From: Candidatus Woesearchaeota archaeon
GTDB taxonomy: Archaea > Nanobdellota > Nanobdellia > Woesearchaeales > UBA583
Reading direction: 5' to 3'
DNA length: 64,000 bases
Assembly (NCBI GenBank): GCA_965205335.1
Contig: OZ242164.1
Location: 672,001-736,000 of the forward strand
In this document: in pieces, positions 59,289 to 64,000 of the stretch
Position numbering within the stretch: position 1 is the stretch's first letter
Layout: each line of letters opens with the position of its first letter
Notes under the pieces: generated by a model
What the model was told of the DNA's origin: nothing
The model's database searches: none
The model's input: only the letters and a program-made list of their open reading frames with translations
Position numbers and translations under genes: made by a program

Positions 59289-59813
59289 ATGACAGACTTA
59301 TGGCATGATATTGATAGAAAAAGTGTAGAGGAATTCAACGTAATTGTTGAATGCCCCAAAGGAAGCAGAGTAAAATATGAAATTGATAAAAAAACAGGAC
59401 TAATAAAATACGACAGAGTCTTATATTCTCCAATGCATTACAGCACAAACTATGGGTTTGTTCCCCAAACCCTTTGGGAAGATGATGACCCATTAGATGT
59501 TCTAATATTAAATGAAGAACCAATTGTTCCAAGAGCATTAGTTAAATGCAGAGCAATTGGAGTACTTAATATGATAGACAGCGGAGAAGGAGACGCAAAA
59601 ATATTAGCAGTCCCAACCAAAGACCCAAGATGCTCACACATTAAAGACATAAACGACATATCACCACACATCTTAGAAGAAATAAAAGAATTCTTTAAAG
59701 TATACAAAAACTTACAAAAAAAAGAAGTCTCTGTTGGAGACTGGAAAAATAAAGATGAAGCAATCAAATACATCAAAAAATCATTTGAAATGTATGATGC
59801 CAAATTCAAATGA
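59289..59813 (+). CDS. ppa: Inorganic pyrophosphatase (family I)
   Basis: KYEIDK, NYGFVPQT, DDDPLD, DAKI, FFKVYK. Confidence 0.96.
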   Translation: MTDLWHDIDRKSVEEFNVIVECPKGSRVKYEIDKKTGLIKYDRVLYSPMHYSTNYGFVPQTLWEDDDPLDVLILNEEPIVPRALVKCRAIGVLNMIDSGEGDAKILAVPTKDPRCSHIKDINDISPHILEEIKEFFKVYKNLQKKEVSVGDWKNKDEAIKYIKKSFEMYDAKFK

Positions 59814-59887
59814 TCTTTTCACTCTTTTCAAAAACAATTAAAAACAAAATCAAATAATTTTTTAAATAGATAAATTATACTTATTTT

Positions 59888-60358
59888 ATGACAGCATGCG
59901 AGATGTGTGGAAATGATGTTAAATCTTTAACAAAAATTAAAATTGAAAACTCATCAATGCTTGTATGCAATTCTTGTAAACCACTTGGAAAAGAAGATCA
60001 CACTACAAACAAAACTCATACATTCAAGAAAATAAAAAAAACCAATGAATCAAACTATGATGTGGTCTCAAACTACACCAATATAATTCAATCAAGTCTC
60101 TCAAAAAAAGGAATAAACGTCAAACAACTTGCAAGAGCCACAAACATAAAAGAAAGTTCTCTCAACAACTACTTAAAAGGTTCAATCAAATTAGACATTG
60201 AAACTGCAAAAAAAATCCAAAATTTTTTAGAAATTAATTTGGTGTATGAATGTGAAAATGACTCAGATGTAAGAACAGAAGACTTTATGAATGATGAAAG
60301 CCCACAAAAACCATCGCTTGGAGACTTAATACAAAAACAACTAAACAAAAATAAATAA
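59888..60358 (+). CDS. Archaeal multiprotein bridging factor 1-like (Zn ribbon plus HTH)
   Basis: CEMCG...VCNSC, Cro-like HTH, C-terminal SLGD. Confidence 0.85.
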   Translation: MTACEMCGNDVKSLTKIKIENSSMLVCNSCKPLGKEDHTTNKTHTFKKIKKTNESNYDVVSNYTNIIQSSLSKKGINVKQLARATNIKESSLNNYLKGSIKLDIETAKKIQNFLEINLVYECENDSDVRTEDFMNDESPQKPSLGDLIQKQLNKNK

Positions 60359-60360
60359 AA

Positions 60361-61440
60361 ATGGAAATCTCACAAATCATACTAAATATTTTAAACATTG
60401 AACTCTTAGGAAGCGAAATATGGAGATATCTGGCATTTGCATTCTCACTTGTATTATACTTTCCAATATCAAAAATTACCAGACATATTCTAAACAATGT
60501 TCTCATTCAATGGGCAAAAAAAACAAAGATGAAATTTGATGACATTCTCATAAAAAGTCTAAACCCTCCCGCTAACATGTTTGTTTTCGCATTATTATTT
60601 TACATAGGCTCAAAATTCATCACAAACGAAGGATTACAGGTAATCTTTGCAAAAACCCTTAACTTCCTTCTTATCATCCCCATAGTTTACTTCTTAATTA
60701 AATTCACAACAGAACTTGCGAGGCAATACATAACAAAAGGATTAGGAAATAAAAAAATAAGCGAGTCTGCTGTTAACATTCTAATAAGAATAATGAGAAT
60801 AATGCTAATATTTGTGGGTGCATTATTAATTCTTGCAAATCTTGGATACAACATATCCGCTCTTCTTGCAGGACTTGGAATTGTTGGTTTAGCATTCTCG
60901 CTGGCGGCTCAGGACATCATAAAAAATTTCTTTGCAGGACTCTCATTAATCTTTGATAAAACATTTATCAAAGGAGAAAGAATAAAATTCAACGGAAACT
61001 CAGGAATTATTGAGGAATTAAAAATTAGAACAACAAAAATTAGAACATACGACGGAGTTCTTCTAACTGTTCCAAACTCAACACTTGCAGATAACATAGT
61101 AGAAAACATCACAAAAACTCCAAGAATTAAAGTAAAGCAAACAATTGGTGTAACCTACGATACCTCGTCCAAGAAACTAAAACAAGCAAAAGAAATAATA
61201 CTAAAAGCAATAACTGAGGAAAAACATGCAGATGAGAAAAGAATATGGATTTATTTTAGCAACTTCGGGGCTTATTCTTTAGATATCATTGTCATATATT
61301 ACTCAAAAGATTTAAACGAAGATGACTGGCCTCAAAAAGTAGAATTCAAAGAGAGAATTAACTTTGCAATCAAAGAAGGTTTTGAAAAAGCAGGAATTGA
61401 AATGGCTTTCCCAACCCAAACAGTAGAACTAAAAAAATAA
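60361..61440 (+). CDS. MscS mechanosensitive channel
   Basis: LAGLGIVGLAFSLAAQD, VPNS, GIEMAFPT. Confidence 0.93.
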   Translation: MEISQIILNILNIELLGSEIWRYLAFAFSLVLYFPISKITRHILNNVLIQWAKKTKMKFDDILIKSLNPPANMFVFALLFYIGSKFITNEGLQVIFAKTLNFLLIIPIVYFLIKFTTELARQYITKGLGNKKISESAVNILIRIMRIMLIFVGALLILANLGYNISALLAGLGIVGLAFSLAAQDIIKNFFAGLSLIFDKTFIKGERIKFNGNSGIIEELKIRTTKIRTYDGVLLTVPNSTLADNIVENITKTPRIKVKQTIGVTYDTSSKKLKQAKEIILKAITEEKHADEKRIWIYFSNFGAYSLDIIVIYYSKDLNEDDWPQKVEFKERINFAIKEGFEKAGIEMAFPTQTVELKK

Positions 61441-61441
61441 A

Positions 61442-62386
61442 TCAAGGCAAATCATACTTTTGCTTCATTCCTTCTTTATCAATAGATTCGGACAAATCAT
61501 GCTTTTGCTTCATTCCAATATAAACTATACCTGAAATATCCCTTATAACACCTCTCATTAATTTCCACCACCTTTCCTCACCAGAAGGCTTCTCTTTCTT
61601 CTCAATAATTGCAACAAATACATAAGGAAATTTTTCTGCAGCTACAATCCCCATATCTCCATACAAATGAGCAGTAGTTCCAGTTTTATTGTAAACCAAC
61701 ACTTTGTCTTTTTGTATCTCTTTTGCTCCGTACAACCTATTTCCTCTCCGCGAGCCCATCAACCTCAATATTTCTTCATAACGAGGCAGTTCTCTTTTCC
61801 GCAATGATTGCAAAAACCTTCTATAATCATGTGCTGAGGCTTTATTCTTATAAGTTCTCCCTAAAGGAGGAATATTCTCAACTATCTCTGTATTCTTAAA
61901 CACATACCTGTAATTCTCATTCAAAATCTTCTGTGCTTCCCGGGGGCCACCTATCCGTCTTAAAACCCAATTTGTTGCCCAATTACTACTCCCTTGAATC
62001 ATCCTTCTCATTCTTGCTTTGCTTTTTGGCCCATACCTTAACTCTCTCTTCTCAACTTTATGGAAAAAAGCAAGAGCCACCAGTGGCTTTATCATACTTG
62101 CTGCCTGCATAGGAACATCTCCATTAATATCTACAACCACCTGTTCATTCGTAAGATCATAAACTAACCATGCCGTTCTCACATCTGAGGAAATAACTCC
62201 CTCCTCCCTATAATCACGTATTCTCTCTAATACTTGATTCTCAAGATTCAAATCTGACTCCCTTTCTACAACTCTGTTGTTATCATACATCCCCCGAAAT
62301 ACCTTTTCAGCCTCAGACACACTCATATCTGAAGAAGACATAATTGCAGCTACCAATCCTGTTACCAAGACCTTTCTAAAAAACAT
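61442..62386 (-). CDS. Secreted class A beta-lactamase-like serine hydrolase
   Basis: Signal peptide; SxxK (ASMIK), SxN (SSN), KTG. Confidence 0.85.
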   Translation of the reverse strand: MFFRKVLVTGLVAAIMSSSDMSVSEAEKVFRGMYDNNRVVERESDLNLENQVLERIRDYREEGVISSDVRTAWLVYDLTNEQVVVDINGDVPMQAASMIKPLVALAFFHKVEKRELRYGPKSKARMRRMIQGSSNWATNWVLRRIGGPREAQKILNENYRYVFKNTEIVENIPPLGRTYKNKASAHDYRRFLQSLRKRELPRYEEILRLMGSRRGNRLYGAKEIQKDKVLVYNKTGTTAHLYGDMGIVAAEKFPYVFVAIIEKKEKPSGEERWWKLMRGVIRDISGIVYIGMKQKHDLSESIDKEGMKQKYDLP

Positions 62387-62509
62387 ATATACATATAAAT
62401 AGCTTAGAAGTTATAAATGTTTTTACTGTTTAGTGATTAATACTGGGTCAGCTCCTCTTTCTCAACTTTAAGCAAACCTTCCACAAACACCAAACAATTA
62501 ACAATCCTC

Positions 62510-63049
62510 TTAAGAGTTAGCAACGATCTTATCCTTCATCATCTCTACCACGCTCTCAACATCCAAATCATTACTTATTGAAAAGATCCTCCCAGACCTT
62601 CGCACTCCACTCCCAATACCCCCATCACTCAAATCCCTATACCCTCTCTCAATACCCTCATAAAAACAAACATCAAGAGCCTCAACCTCTAAATTCTCCT
62701 TAACCTTTCTATCACTATATCTTCTCTGTATATAAACACTCTTCAAATCCCTCAAATCCCTATTAATAACAAACAAAAAATCCACTAACTTAAAATCAAT
62801 AAAATGAGTAAAATGCCCTTCAAGAATTAATGTCCTATCTTCTCTTCTGCATTCTCTTATCAACTCACAAACATCCTCAAGCAAAGCATCAAGATCAAAA
62901 CTAAATGTCTCATATTCTGGCACATCTTCCACCTTATGCTTCCTTGCCAAATCACTAAGAGAAACAACCAAACAATCCAATCTCTTTCCCAAACTATCAG
63001 CTATCGTAGTCTTCCCGCACCCAACACTTCCACTTATCGCAATAATCAC
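62510..63049 (-). CDS. Archaeal adenylate kinase 6 / Fap7-like P-loop kinase
   Basis: ISGSVGCGKTT, ILEGH, Y...KVKENLEVE. Confidence 0.8.
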   Translation of the reverse strand: MIIAISGSVGCGKTTIADSLGKRLDCLVVSLSDLARKHKVEDVPEYETFSFDLDALLEDVCELIRECRREDRTLILEGHFTHFIDFKLVDFLFVINRDLRDLKSVYIQRRYSDRKVKENLEVEALDVCFYEGIERGYRDLSDGGIGSGVRRSGRIFSISNDLDVESVVEMMKDKIVANS

Positions 63050-63999
63050 CTTAAAACCTCAATTTTTGAATCATCCAAATCCTTAAACAAAAAATCCACA
63101 TACTTCTCTAACTGTCCATATATAAACTTAGTCAAACTCTTTGAATCCCCCATATCAAGAGCCCTTAAATACTCCTCACGATTCTCAACAGAAATATCAA
63201 TCATAGGAAAACCAGACCTATCTAAAATAAAATTCATAAGAAGTCTTGCCATTCTTCCATTCCCATCCGAAAAAGGATGAATAACAACAAACCTCATATG
63301 AAACTCAGACGCAAGTTCTATTGGATGAACCTTATACTTATTTCTCTTATAAAAAGAAAGCAGTTTTCTCATCTCATAAACTATATCAAGTGGGGGAACA
63401 GGAACAAAATCTGCTCCCTCAATAAACCTCATATCACACCTATATCCCCCAATAACAAACTCATCATCGTCCCCTTTAAACTCTAAAACAGAATCCATTA
63501 AAACCTCATGCAACCTCTTAATAAAATCCTGGGACAAACCAGAAAACTCACTCATCATATAATCAATTGCCTTCTTATGATTTCTAACCTCTTGCAACTC
63601 AAGTAACTTCTTCCCCTCTATGGACTCATTTTTATTAACTACCAAATCAACCTGATAACGTGACAAAGTATTCCCCTCAATAGAACACGAATGATAAGTA
63701 TATCCTGTCTTAAACCTCTTAATCAACTGCGACTTCCCCTCACTTGATAAACTTGAAACATTTCTAAAAAACCTTCTCTTGAGCCTCTCGCAACCATCTA
63801 AAAAATCAGAACTCACTTTATAAGGTTCAAACTTCAAACCCGAACGAATCATTTTCTGAATCTTCTTCTCATTAAACTCAACCTCAAGATTTCTAATAAC
63901 TTCTTGTGTAGGCACTACTTTTCCCAAATATTTCAAAGTCTTAGAATAAACCTTATCACGTATCCTATAAGACTCAACATAATAACAATACTTCTCATT
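63046..63999 (-). CDS. Fic-domain protein, 5' end beyond the window
   Basis: SIEGNT, HPFSDGNGRMAR; frame stays open to the window edge. Confidence 0.92.
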   Translation of the reverse strand, partial: NEKYCYYVESYRIRDKVYSKTLKYLGKVVPTQEVIRNLEVEFNEKKIQKMIRSGLKFEPYKVSSDFLDGCERLKRRFFRNVSSLSSEGKSQLIKRFKTGYTYHSCSIEGNTLSRYQVDLVVNKNESIEGKKLLELQEVRNHKKAIDYMMSEFSGLSQDFIKRLHEVLMDSVLEFKGDDDEFVIGGYRCDMRFIEGADFVPVPPLDIVYEMRKLLSFYKRNKYKVHPIELASEFHMRFVVIHPFSDGNGRMARLLMNFILDRSGFPMIDISVENREEYLRALDMGDSKSLTKFIYGQLEKYVDFLFKDLDDSKIEVLR

Positions 64000-64000
64000 A

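Noticed and set aside
188-63486. Many 60-137-aa ORFs antisense to or overlapping well-supported genes (e.g. 1178-1420, 27425-27787, 36007-36420, 50254-50649)
   Set aside because: Shadow ORFs with no recognisable motifs

Overview
AT-rich archaeal chromosome segment, most likely a DPANN archaeon such as Woesearchaeota (inferred from LonB, aIF5B, archaeal TrpRS, RPA, MBF1, TrmY/TrmI, TTTATAAA promoters and many bacterial-type genes). Housekeeping genes, a polyamine/hypusine cluster, a 2-oxoacid dehydrogenase operon and tRNA-Ser(TGA) surround a ~13.6 kb island (34.7-48.3 kb). The island holds a dual-effector type V CRISPR-Cas locus: a 1556-aa Cas12a, a ~1180-aa Cms1/Cas12a2/Cas12a3-type nuclease, an inserted AAA+ ATPase with its own promoter, cas4-cas1-cas2, and a convergent array of 7 repeats and 6 spacers. 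An IS481 and a broken IS5 lie at its right edge. Separately, three related GGC(A/T)CTGTCC-ended elements (two non-autonomous elements with 8-bp target duplications, plus the IS5 remnant) each end exactly 14 bp from a TTTATAAA box, suggesting promoter-targeted transposition. Other leads are a divergent nucleotidyltransferase-HEPN paralog pair, a convergent RelE/antitoxin pair, a candidate structured RNA before the polyamine genes, a tRNA-derived hairpin element and a class A beta-lactamase-like protein. All calls come from motif recognition by eye; no searches were run.
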